This document shows, piece by piece, positions 1-8,072 of a stretch of DNA of 64,000 nucleotides; position 1 is the stretch's first letter, and each line of letters starts with the position of its first letter. The stretch spans positions 27,051 to 91,050 of the forward strand of contig CABUXL010000001.1 of NCBI GenBank assembly GCA_902495525.1, given 5' to 3'. Position numbers and translations under genes: made by a program. The DNA comes from an uncultured Collinsella sp. (GTDB taxonomy: Bacteria > Actinomycetota > Coriobacteriia > Coriobacteriales > Coriobacteriaceae). The notes below the pieces were generated by a model. The model ran no database searches. It saw only the letters and a program-made list of their open reading frames with translations, and had not been told where the DNA came from.

Positions 1-685
1 GGTTATCGAAGAAGTGCTCGGGCGTGCCCTCCTCCAGGATGCGGCCGTCCTCCATAAAGATGACGCGGTCGGCCACCTGGCGCGCAAAGCCCATCTCGTG
101 CGTCACGCAGATCATGGTGATGTCCTCCTGCGCGAGCTCAATCATAACGTCCAGAACTTCCTGGACCATCTCGGGGTCGAGCGCCGAGGTCGGCTCGTCA
201 AACAGGATGATGGGCTGCTTGGTGCACAGGGCACGGGCGATGGCGATGCGCTGCTGCTGACCGCCCGAGAGGTTCTGCGGATACTCGCCGGCCTTATGCG
301 CCATGCCGACGCGCTTGAGCGCGGCGACGGCGATCTCGGTCGCCTCCTCCTTGCTCTTCTTTTGCAGCTTGATGGGCGCGAGCGTCAGATTGCCCAGCAC
401 CGTCATGTTGGGATACAGGTTGAACTGCTGAAACACCATGGAGCTATACTTGCGAGCCATCTCCAGGTGATTCTTTTTGGTGAGCGGCGTACCGTCGATG
501 ATGACTTCGCCCGACGTGGGCTCCTCCAGATAATCGACGCAACGGATGAGTGTCGACTTACCCGAACCGGAAGGCCCGATCATTACGAGCTTCTCGCCGC
601 GCTTGACGGTGAGGTTGATATCTTTGAGCACATGCAGGTCGCCAAAGTACTTGTTGAGATGCTTGATCTCGATCATGTCTGCCAT
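1..685 (-). CDS. Polar amino acid ABC transporter ATP-binding protein (GlnQ-like); runs off the left edge of the window
   Basis: Manual translation of the minus strand from ATG at 685 gives [45 protein letters not shown] (Walker A), later [15 protein letters not shown] and [12 protein letters not shown]. Absent from the ORF track because there is no stop inside the window. Confidence 0.93.
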   Translation of the reverse strand, partial: MADMIEIKHLNKYFGDLHVLKDINLTVKRGEKLVMIGPSGSGKSTLIRCVDYLEEPTSGEVIIDGTPLTKKNHLEMARKYSSMVFQQFNLYPNMTVLGNLTLAPIKLQKKSKEEATEIAVAALKRVGMAHKAGEYPQNLSGGQQQRIAIARALCTKQPIILFDEPTSALDPEMVQEVLDVMIELAQEDITMICVTHEMGFARQVADRVIFMEDGRILEEGTPEHFFDN

Positions 686-853
686 GGATGTCCCTTCCCT
701 GCGTTTACACGAGTTGAACTATTGTACGGAAAGATCCACGTTTCCGCAGACCACACTACATCCCCGTAAAGAACCCGCAATCTTCCACCCACTCATTGGG
801 CACTCATTTAAGTCTGTCCCCAGTGAGCGCCCAACCGCCCTTGTTGAGCATAA

Positions 854-1001
854 GTCAGCGAAAACCCGTACACGCGAGCAAGGTGACGTGAAATGAAAGG
901 GCGCAGACCTTATGGTCGCGCCCTTGAAATTGAACGTCAGATTGCCGCGTGTACGGGTTTGCAGCGTCAAGCCGTTACGCGGTTTGGTAAAACCGCGTAA
1001 C
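854..1001. repeat. Structured intergenic palindromic element, family A, copy 1
   Basis: AACCCGTACACGCG/CGCGTGTACGGGTT stem, plus the terminal hairpin GTTACGCGGTTT-GGTA-AAACCGCGTAAC (974-1001), which is identical to 43781-43808. Confidence 0.85.
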
Positions 1002-1004
1002 AAA

Positions 1005-1448
1005 TTACGCGAGTTTAGCTCCGACGATCTTTGCCGCCGCAGGCTTGTCGAAGTTGCCGCCGGTGGCCTTGCCGAGTGCTCCCATGACCTGGCCCATCTG
1101 CTTCTTAGATGTGGCGCCCAGCTCGGCGATAACCTGCTCGATCAGAACCTCGAGTTCCTCGCCCGAAACCTGTGCGGGCAGCAGGCTCTCCAGAATCTTG
1201 ACCTGCTCGGTCAGGTTGTCGGTACGGTCCTGGTCGGTACCGGCCTTGATGGACATCTCCAGCGTCTCGCTCGTCTGCTTAATCAGACGCTTAATCATGT
1301 TGTTGACGTCTTCCTCGGTCACGTCGCGGCGCTCGTTGACCTCGATATTCTTCACCTCGGCCTTAACCTGGCGAATGATGGACAGGCGAACCTTGTCCTT
1401 AGCCTTCATGGCTGCGATCATTTCCTTCTGCAGCTCTTCGTTGGTCAT
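1005..1448 (-). CDS. GatB/YqeY domain protein
   Basis: MTNEELQKEMIAAMKAKDKVRLSIIRQVKAEVKN...KQMGQVMG, a YqeY-like pattern. Confidence 0.9.
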   Translation of the reverse strand: MTNEELQKEMIAAMKAKDKVRLSIIRQVKAEVKNIEVNERRDVTEEDVNNMIKRLIKQTSETLEMSIKAGTDQDRTDNLTEQVKILESLLPAQVSGEELEVLIEQVIAELGATSKKQMGQVMGALGKATGGNFDKPAAAKIVGAKLA

Positions 1449-1502
1449 CTGCAAATCCTCCTCGATAGCGTGGGCGGCACTCACGCGGGCACCGCCCCAT
1501 GA

Positions 1503-2723
1503 TTACTCAGTCGTCGACGAATTGTCGGTCGAACTCTTGGTGACGCCCTTCAGGCTGACGTTGTACGGCACGTCCTTGGGCATGGGGTTAACGGTGATGT
1601 CGGCGTCCTTCTTGTACTGCTCCAGCCACTCGCTGTACGCAGTGCTCTCTGCCTGCGTCTTCACCACGTTGGAGACATACTTCTTGATGTCCTTGGGCAC
1701 CTGTTTAATGTCATCGACCTGGCTATCGACATGGAAGTAGTCGGTGCACTTGATGATGTGGTAACCATACGTCGACTCGACGACGTCGCTCACGTCGCCC
1801 TTGTTAAGGCCTTCGAGCGCCGCCTGATAGCTGTCGACGAAGGTGGTGAGCTTGTCCCAGCCCACATCGCCCTTCTTCTCCTTGGAACCGGTGTCGTCGG
1901 AATACTGCTTCACGGCGTCTTCGAAGCTCAGCTCGCCGGAGTTAATCTTGTCCAGGCACTCCTGCGCCTTGGCCTTGGCGGCAGCCTTGTCCTCGTCGGA
2001 TGCGTCGGAATCGACCTTGATCAGGATGTTCGACGAGCGGCGGGCATCGTTGTACTTCGACAGGTTCTCGTTGATGTAATCGACGATCTCGCTGTCCTTG
2101 GGCTTGCTGGTGGGCGCCACGGCTTCCTTGAGCTTTTGCTGCGCCAGGCTCTCCTTGAGCGAGCTCTTATAGGTGTCCTCGGTGTAGCCGTAGGTCTTAA
2201 GGGTCTTCTTAAAGGCCTTGGCACCGCCCGCGCTCTTGCACGCGTCCTTCCAAGCCTTCTCGACCTCCTTGTCCGACACCGTCACGCCGTTTTCCTTCTG
2301 CGCCTGCTGAAGCAGAATCTGCTGCGTGTAGGAGTCGATGAGCTGCTTGCGATACTTCTTGGGCGTCAGGTCGTTGTTGACCAGGTACTGCGCCCAATCC
2401 TTGTCCTTGGTATAACCATAGGACGTGCGCATGCTCATGATCTGCTTGGTCACGGTGTCCTCGGTGAGGTTGGTGCCATTGATGGTGGCGGCAACACCGC
2501 CGGTGAGCTTGTAGCCCGAGGTGTCCTCGGTCTGCGACATAAGACCGGAGCACGCCATGGCCGAGACGGAGAGCAGCATCGCCAGCACGCCGATGACCAC
2601 CAGGACAATCTTGACGGTCTTGGACACGTACGTCTTGCGCTGCTTCTTGCGAGAGCTGGAGGCGGCGCGGGCCTGCTGCTCGGGCGTCGGCGCGACCTCG
2701 GGGTTCTTTTTCTTGTTTGCCAT
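1503..2723 (-). CDS. Membrane-anchored parvulin-type peptidylprolyl isomerase (PrsA/SurA-like foldase)
   Basis: N-terminal TM helix, SurA-like helical region, rotamase motifs SFEDAVKQYSDDTGS...GDVGW...VESTYGYHIIK. Confidence 0.9.
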   Translation of the reverse strand: MANKKKNPEVAPTPEQQARAASSSRKKQRKTYVSKTVKIVLVVIGVLAMLLSVSAMACSGLMSQTEDTSGYKLTGGVAATINGTNLTEDTVTKQIMSMRTSYGYTKDKDWAQYLVNNDLTPKKYRKQLIDSYTQQILLQQAQKENGVTVSDKEVEKAWKDACKSAGGAKAFKKTLKTYGYTEDTYKSSLKESLAQQKLKEAVAPTSKPKDSEIVDYINENLSKYNDARRSSNILIKVDSDASDEDKAAAKAKAQECLDKINSGELSFEDAVKQYSDDTGSKEKKGDVGWDKLTTFVDSYQAALEGLNKGDVSDVVESTYGYHIIKCTDYFHVDSQVDDIKQVPKDIKKYVSNVVKTQAESTAYSEWLEQYKKDADITVNPMPKDVPYNVSLKGVTKSSTDNSSTTE

Positions 2724-2790
2724 GTTTGGCCTTTCACATCACGAATCGAACAAACGCCATTGTGTCACAACGCAGCCCCCGAGGCACACC

Positions 2791-2905
2791 TGGTGCAAAG
2801 GGGACAGGTTAATCTGCACCATTTTGGTGCAAAGGTGACAACTTTGGCACTTGGCACTTGGGGACGTTCCTTTTCTGTCGGCAGTTAGGGACAGTCCTCA
2901 ACTGC
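2791..2905. repeat. Cluster of GGGAC(A/G)G-loop short hairpins (REP-like, family D)
   Basis: TGGTGCA-AAGGGGACAGGTTAATC-TGCACCA (2791-2821) and GCAGTT-AGGGACAGTCCTC-AACTGC (2881-2905). Confidence 0.55.
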
Positions 2906-2910
2906 CGGAT

Positions 2911-3378
2911 TTAAAAGTGGCGGCGGATGGCGTCGACCATGCCTTGGGACGTGGCCTGGCCGAGCACATCGGCTGCAGCGTCGGCATCCATAAAGATATT
3001 CATAAGCGCTTGCAGGGCCTCAACCTGGCCGCCCGGCTCGGCAATGCCCAGATTGATGATAATCTGCGCCGGCACCGGGGCGCCCATACCCGCCATCGCG
3101 TTGAACGTCACAGGTGCAGCGGGCTTTACCACCGCGATATAGGGCTTGGCCACAAATCCCGGATCGGTATGCGGAATGGCGATGTTTGCCGCCGGCATAG
3201 CGAGACCCGTGGGATAGGCGTCCTCGCGCGTGCGGACGGCGTCGAGCCAACCCTCGGCAATGTAGCCGCGCGGAGCGAGCTCGTCCTCGAGCTGCGCAAA
3301 CACCTCATCCGGCGTCGCACACTCCCAATCAAAAAACACCAGCTCGGGCGAGAATAGCATCTCGGCGTTATCCGCCAT
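2911..3378 (-). CDS. PTS sugar transporter EIIA (galactitol/fructose-type EIIA_2 family), stand-alone
   Basis: REDAYPTGL...IAIPHTD motif with the phospho-His; GGAGG RBS upstream of ATG 3378. Confidence 0.9.
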   Translation of the reverse strand: MADNAEMLFSPELVFFDWECATPDEVFAQLEDELAPRGYIAEGWLDAVRTREDAYPTGLAMPAANIAIPHTDPGFVAKPYIAVVKPAAPVTFNAMAGMGAPVPAQIIINLGIAEPGGQVEALQALMNIFMDADAAADVLGQATSQGMVDAIRRHF

Positions 3379-3443
3379 ACCGTCCTCCAAAGTTGCATGA
3401 GGTTCACAATGCCCCATATGATAGCGAAACGAGACAGGCAAGG

Positions 3444-3911
3444 TTAGTCGAGGATCCCAATCATCTCGAGAGCGCGGGCAGGCGTCAGGCAAACTTCGGG
3501 CATCGCCTCCAGCATGCGCCGGTCGCTCGTGACCACATAGTCGACATCTGCCGTCTCGCCCGAAGCGATGATGAGGTTGTCTTCAAGATCCGGCATGCGC
3601 TTGCCAAGCATGCGCGCCATTTCGCACTCTGCCAACGAAAGCGGAGAGGCCGTCGCCACCTGCATCATATGCTCGATGCAGGCCCATGACGCCGAGGCAA
3701 ACGACACGCTAATCCCATTCGCATTCCGCCGGGCTAGACGCCGAGGCAAAATATAGAACACGTCCTTTGCCGTCGTCGGCGCGTACAGAAGGTCAATCTT
3801 TCCCGCCTCGGCAAGCTCCACCAGGTGCTTCGCTTCGTCGAATGCCCCCTCTTGCAGGTAATAATCAAGCCACACATTCGTATCCACAAGCAGGTGCTTT
3901 GCCTCGATCAT
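3444..3911 (-). CDS. PIN-domain (VapC-like) toxin
   Basis: LLVDTNVWLD...DLEDNL...VVTSDR acidic PIN motifs; ATGA overlap with the upstream antitoxin at 3908-3911. Confidence 0.88.
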   Translation of the reverse strand: MIEAKHLLVDTNVWLDYYLQEGAFDEAKHLVELAEAGKIDLLYAPTTAKDVFYILPRRLARRNANGISVSFASASWACIEHMMQVATASPLSLAECEMARMLGKRMPDLEDNLIIASGETADVDYVVTSDRRMLEAMPEVCLTPARALEMIGILD

Positions 3912-4252
3912 CGGCAATTCGCCTCCATGTCGGCAATCATCGCGTCATACATATCATCGCGTACGGCATCCCAGTCTTCCGCAGACGATTCAGCTGGCGC
4001 AAAATCCGAAGCGCTTAGCCCCAACGAGGAAAAAGCTAGGCCACACCCCTGCTCGGCAAGGCTCTTCGCGCGGGGCAGCTCACGCTTATCCGCCAGCATA
4101 AATCCCGGCAACGCTTGATGCTCGACAAGATAGGCCCAAAGTGCGCGAATGGCATCACTCGGCCCCAATCCATTGCGAGTCAGGACCGCATCGCCACCAG
4201 CCTTGAGCATAGGATCGATTCGTGTGTTGAGCTGCACCATTGCCGTACCCAT
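3908..4252 (-). CDS. RelB/DinJ-like ribbon-helix-helix antitoxin
   Basis: VQLNTRIDPMLKAGGDAVLTRNGLGPSDAIRALW N-terminus, acidic C-terminus, translationally coupled to the PIN gene. Confidence 0.75.
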   Translation of the reverse strand: MGTAMVQLNTRIDPMLKAGGDAVLTRNGLGPSDAIRALWAYLVEHQALPGFMLADKRELPRAKSLAEQGCGLAFSSLGLSASDFAPAESSAEDWDAVRDDMYDAMIADMEANCR

Positions 4253-4454
4253 AGCGGCTCCTTTCTACGTGCTAGCAGTATAGCAAACCAGATTGGCCGA
4301 GAAAAAGGGCCCCGTCCACATACGGACAAGGCCCTGTCAGATTGGTAGTCTCGAGAAAGTTGGTGTAGCGCCCGATCCGAAGCGAGTCGGCCTGGCGTCC
4401 AAGAACCTAGAATACGGTTGATGCCCTATGCCGCCGACCGGCATATGCAAGACA

Positions 4455-4486
4455 GCGGGCCAAAAGCCCCATGGCTTCTAGCCCGC
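4455..4486 (-). terminator. Hairpin closing the SPFH operon
   Basis: On the minus strand GCGGGCTAGAAGCC...GGCTTTTGGCCCGC, about 50 nt after the 4537 stop. Confidence 0.6.
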
Positions 4487-4536
4487 AGAAACATCAATGT
4501 TTCCAAATGATCGCAGCTTGTGTTTCAAGCGCTTTT

Positions 4537-4728
4537 CTACGCTACCGGCGGATGCAAATCCCAATCGGGAAAGCAGTTTGCAAAGCCTGAGAGATTTTGA
4601 GTCAAAACATTGTTCTCAGCTTGCTTCAGTCGCTCGTCCTCTTCAAACAGACTATCGAGCTCGCTCAATGCATCGAAGTCCTGCATCGCAGCATCGTTAT
4701 GGTCGAAATCAGCCACTTCATCAGTCAT
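4537..4728 (-). CDS. Small acidic hypothetical protein (63 aa) ending FPDWDLHPPVA
   Basis: GGAG RBS before ATG; 41 nt after the upstream gene; followed by a hairpin. Confidence 0.7.
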   Translation of the reverse strand: MTDEVADFDHNDAAMQDFDALSELDSLFEEDERLKQAENNVLTQNLSGFANCFPDWDLHPPVA

Positions 4729-4769
4729 CTATTTCACTCCGTTCATGGTTATCGAGTCAATCCTATCGG

Positions 4770-6434
4770 CTAGGCAACCTTATCGAGCTTAAGCAGGTCG
4801 CTGCGCTCGGCCGCCGCTTCCTTCGCGCTCTTCCACTGATTAAGCGCCAGATCGATCTCGGAACAGCCTTCCTGGATGCGTTTGGAGTATTTGGCCTCAA
4901 TCTCCTCTGTCTCCGCAGCGCGCTGCTTGCCCGAGCGGCTCGTCTTTACTAGACAATAGCCAGCCCCCGCAAGAAGCAGAATGCCAATAACCTGGTTTAC
5001 AAACGCAAAGAAAGCTACTCCCAAAACAGCGAGGACAACGGCCGCCATCTTGTGGCTCTTGTTGCCCTTCGCAACCTTGACATCAAGCTCAGCGAGCTCC
5101 TTTTTCTTCTCTTCACCGACATAGCGAACATAATCGCCGCGCAGCGCATTACCCTCATCGCCGGTAACCGCCCTGCTTGTCCATCCGTCGAAGTCAAGGG
5201 TGATTGCCTGCGGAAATTCGGGGATATCGCTCTTGCGATACCGGTTGAAACCACCGTTGATATAGGAACCCAAAAACTGAATCGCGGTCTTCTTCTTATG
5301 CACATCCACAGACGCACTCTGGTCGCGCATCGAGCGTGTCATCTGGTCGATGATGTTCATCGTCTGCTGACGCTTCTCATCGCGGCGACGATTGACGAGC
5401 TCTCGGGCGCGCTCCACGTCTCCGCCAAATGCCTTGACCGCAAGAAGATACTCCTCCTGGCGGCGCAAATTTCGCTCCTTGGAGTCATCGGAGTTAACGA
5501 GCTCCATCAAATGCCTGTCAACCTGCTCGGCAAGCGTCCTCTCGTCAACATCAGAAGCCTTGAGGTCGGCGAAGTCATTGGAGATGCTCTCGATCGCCTC
5601 GACTTTTCCGAGATACTTATTGATGTAGTCAAACTCCTTGACCACCACCTTGAGCGCCGGATATCTCGAGCTCATATCCTCCTCGTAGCCGGTAAAGTAC
5701 TCCGCCCATGACTCTGACTGCTCATTCTCGAACTCAGGGCTCTGATTTCTGATCTGCTCGATCCAGCCCGCCATATAGTCGTCGCACAGGTGTTTTTCGT
5801 CGGTTCCGAAGATGCCGTTGATATAGGCATCGATGTAGACCATCGCATCGGCATCGATGCGGGCGGCGTTTTGTGTCGAGAAGTAGCGTGCTAGCCATTC
5901 GTAGCACGTAGCCGTGCGGTTATTACGTCTGCAGATCAGAGCCATCGCAAGCGACGTGTGCTCGTTGTCACGTTTGACAGCCTCGCGTATTGCGCGCTCT
6001 GCAAGATCTCGGTTGTTGTTGATCCATGCCGCAAGGGCAACCAGGACAGGTGCCAGCCAGTAGTCCGGGGTAGAGATCATTAACTCCTCGGAGACCGTCG
6101 AAATCGTCGCCTTGCGCACGAGCGCCGCATCGGTTGCCTGGAGAATACCGACCATGGTGTTTCGAACCACCGAGTAGTTGCCGAACTTCTTGTCCATCTC
6201 CTGCCGGACACTCACGAGCTCCGTAGTCGCCTGCTCAAGTGCGGCGGTACGACGCTGTTCGAGCATCATCTCGAGAAAGTCCTTTCGGAGCTTTTTAAGG
6301 TCCTTCCGCACTTCCTCCATTTGGGATTCGACCTTATCGACCTTCGTGGTCATCTGGTCAACTTTTGTTCCAATAGCGGCGATCCTGCGCTCGATAAGGG
6401 CAGTATCTAATCCCGAATCACTCATCTGTACCAC
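4770..6434 (-). CDS. Hypothetical coiled-coil/helical-repeat protein with a C-terminal TM hairpin
   Basis: N-terminal heptad region, helical middle (PDYWLAPVLVALAAW), two hydrophobic helices near the C-terminus. Confidence 0.85.
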   Translation of the reverse strand: MVQMSDSGLDTALIERRIAAIGTKVDQMTTKVDKVESQMEEVRKDLKKLRKDFLEMMLEQRRTAALEQATTELVSVRQEMDKKFGNYSVVRNTMVGILQATDAALVRKATISTVSEELMISTPDYWLAPVLVALAAWINNNRDLAERAIREAVKRDNEHTSLAMALICRRNNRTATCYEWLARYFSTQNAARIDADAMVYIDAYINGIFGTDEKHLCDDYMAGWIEQIRNQSPEFENEQSESWAEYFTGYEEDMSSRYPALKVVVKEFDYINKYLGKVEAIESISNDFADLKASDVDERTLAEQVDRHLMELVNSDDSKERNLRRQEEYLLAVKAFGGDVERARELVNRRRDEKRQQTMNIIDQMTRSMRDQSASVDVHKKKTAIQFLGSYINGGFNRYRKSDIPEFPQAITLDFDGWTSRAVTGDEGNALRGDYVRYVGEEKKKELAELDVKVAKGNKSHKMAAVVLAVLGVAFFAFVNQVIGILLLAGAGYCLVKTSRSGKQRAAETEEIEAKYSKRIQEGCSEIDLALNQWKSAKEAAAERSDLLKLDKVA

Positions 6435-6497
6435 CTTTCAGTTTGAACTGTTTAGATCATCCAATAGCTTTAAGCGAGTAAGCACCCGCCATCCGCT

Positions 6498-7322
6498 TTA
6501 TTGAGAGGCCATGCTTCGGTATTGCTCGGACACCTGCTGATAGGCCACAAGAAACTTCTGCTTGTATTGGCTTGCCTTCATCGAATTGACGATGCGCCCG
6601 ACTGGCTCCACATAGTGTTCGAAAAAGTATGAAGTCCTCCTTCGTAACGCAAACGAACCAGTTTTATAGGGAGACCCGGGGTTCTCTCTAATGCCCTTGA
6701 GTAGTGCGAGACACGTTCTGGGTATATTGCAGTTGGCGGCAATATCTTGATAGAAACTCTCCCGCTCTGCAGTCATAAAGTCTTCCGAAGCATACCGCGC
6801 TATGCAGAACGGGCACACAGCATCGATAAAGTTCTCAAGTCGAGACCGATCCTCCATGCTCTGCATATTGGCGACCACGAGCGATACCATCTGAACCTCA
6901 AAGTCACGCATGTTGTAGAGCGTCGACTCAAACAAGTCGATCAAGTCACGCACTTCGTCATATTCGAGAGGGATATCTTCGGCCCTTTTAAAGAAAACCG
7001 TCATCGAACCCGAAAGACCTTCGCAAAACTCATCGCAGTACGCAACCATAAACTGTGCCGCCGTGTTGTCTTGCATCATATTGAGCACGTCTGCGGCAAA
7101 TTTGCGGGCCTCCGGAAAGTTGCCACCCTTAAAAAACTTGATGGCATTGTCCTTGGCAAACGCGATTTTGCCCGTGGCCCCCAGACGCGCCCGCGAATAG
7201 TACATCTCGCGACCGCACTGGTTGCAATGAACCTTTCGAGTTGCGGGGTCAAACTCGACATCGGTGCTGCCGCAGCCCTCGCAAGTTATTCCGTTGATTT
7301 CCAATAGCTTCCCCCACTTCAA
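6498..7322 (-). CDS. TFIIB-type zinc-ribbon plus TPR-like helical protein
   Basis: CEGC...CNQC followed by AIKFFKGGNFPEARKFAADVLNMMQDNTAAQF. Start codon uncertain. Confidence 0.8.
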   Translation of the reverse strand: MKWGKLLEINGITCEGCGSTDVEFDPATRKVHCNQCGREMYYSRARLGATGKIAFAKDNAIKFFKGGNFPEARKFAADVLNMMQDNTAAQFMVAYCDEFCEGLSGSMTVFFKRAEDIPLEYDEVRDLIDLFESTLYNMRDFEVQMVSLVVANMQSMEDRSRLENFIDAVCPFCIARYASEDFMTAERESFYQDIAANCNIPRTCLALLKGIRENPGSPYKTGSFALRRRTSYFFEHYVEPVGRIVNSMKASQYKQKFLVAYQQVSEQYRSMASQ

Positions 7323-7358
7323 CCATCAAAGTGCCCTGGCAAAAAGCAGCGCGAGCCC

Positions 7359-8060
7359 TTATTTGACAGCGGTCAGCGCCGCATTGCGCTTTTTCCAGAT
7401 ATTGCGCGCATCATGGACAAGGCCAACCGTAACATCTGCCGGCTCATCGGCACTCATGGAATTCGAGACCGCCTCAAGCGCGGCGGAGAACTGTCGCTCG
7501 ATCTCTTGAACATGGGGCTGCGACATGTTGGAACTAAAGGAGATGTCATCCTTGAGCGCTTTGAGTTCGGCTTTAACCTGAGCATCCTCCGCTACGGCAA
7601 GAAGCTGCCCCACATACGATCCGAACTGCGCCGTTTGAACCGTCTTTGCGACGACGGCGGCAACCTTTTGGTCTGCCCGGCGGGCATAGGAGCCAAGACC
7701 CATCTGCACAAGGACAAGCACAACGAGAAGAACAACGTTTGCGACAACCGGGATCGTGCTGCCGCCCCACCCATACGCCACAAACGCAAAGTACGTATTG
7801 GCAAGAAGGGCAACAACAAAATAGGCACAGCTGAATGCAATCGGCAAATAATGGATTTCGGTCGTGCTTTTGACCGTGGACTGCTTATCGGACATGGTAG
7901 CCGAAATCGAAGCCACCGCAAAAGCCAAAACCCCAAAGCCAAGCGACATGGCAAAGACGATAGGGTTCATCAGCGCGTTTTTGCAGACAAACATGATTAC
8001 AAGCCACGCCACCAAGACGATTGCCTCGCCCAAAATGACACGTTTAACAGAACCGTTCAT
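7359..8060 (-). CDS. Hypothetical 4-TM membrane protein with a C-terminal helical domain
   Basis: Four hydrophobic segments, then a soluble helical tail; 12 nt from the SPFH gene. Confidence 0.85.
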   Translation of the reverse strand: MNGSVKRVILGEAIVLVAWLVIMFVCKNALMNPIVFAMSLGFGVLAFAVASISATMSDKQSTVKSTTEIHYLPIAFSCAYFVVALLANTYFAFVAYGWGGSTIPVVANVVLLVVLVLVQMGLGSYARRADQKVAAVVAKTVQTAQFGSYVGQLLAVAEDAQVKAELKALKDDISFSSNMSQPHVQEIERQFSAALEAVSNSMSADEPADVTVGLVHDARNIWKKRNAALTAVK

Positions 8061-8072
8061 CTTTGCTTCTCC

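Noticed and set aside
14..769. 251-aa plus-strand ORF and the many other long antisense ORFs (e.g. 7413-9332, 28522-31080, 54805-57309, 61931-63988)
   Set aside because: They are shadows of well-supported minus-strand genes in high-GC DNA and carry no recognisable motifs.
4356..4454. Possible ncRNA (6S/SRP-like) between the operon terminator and the toxin-antitoxin pair
   Set aside because: No convincing long stem or diagnostic motif by eye; would need an Rfam search.
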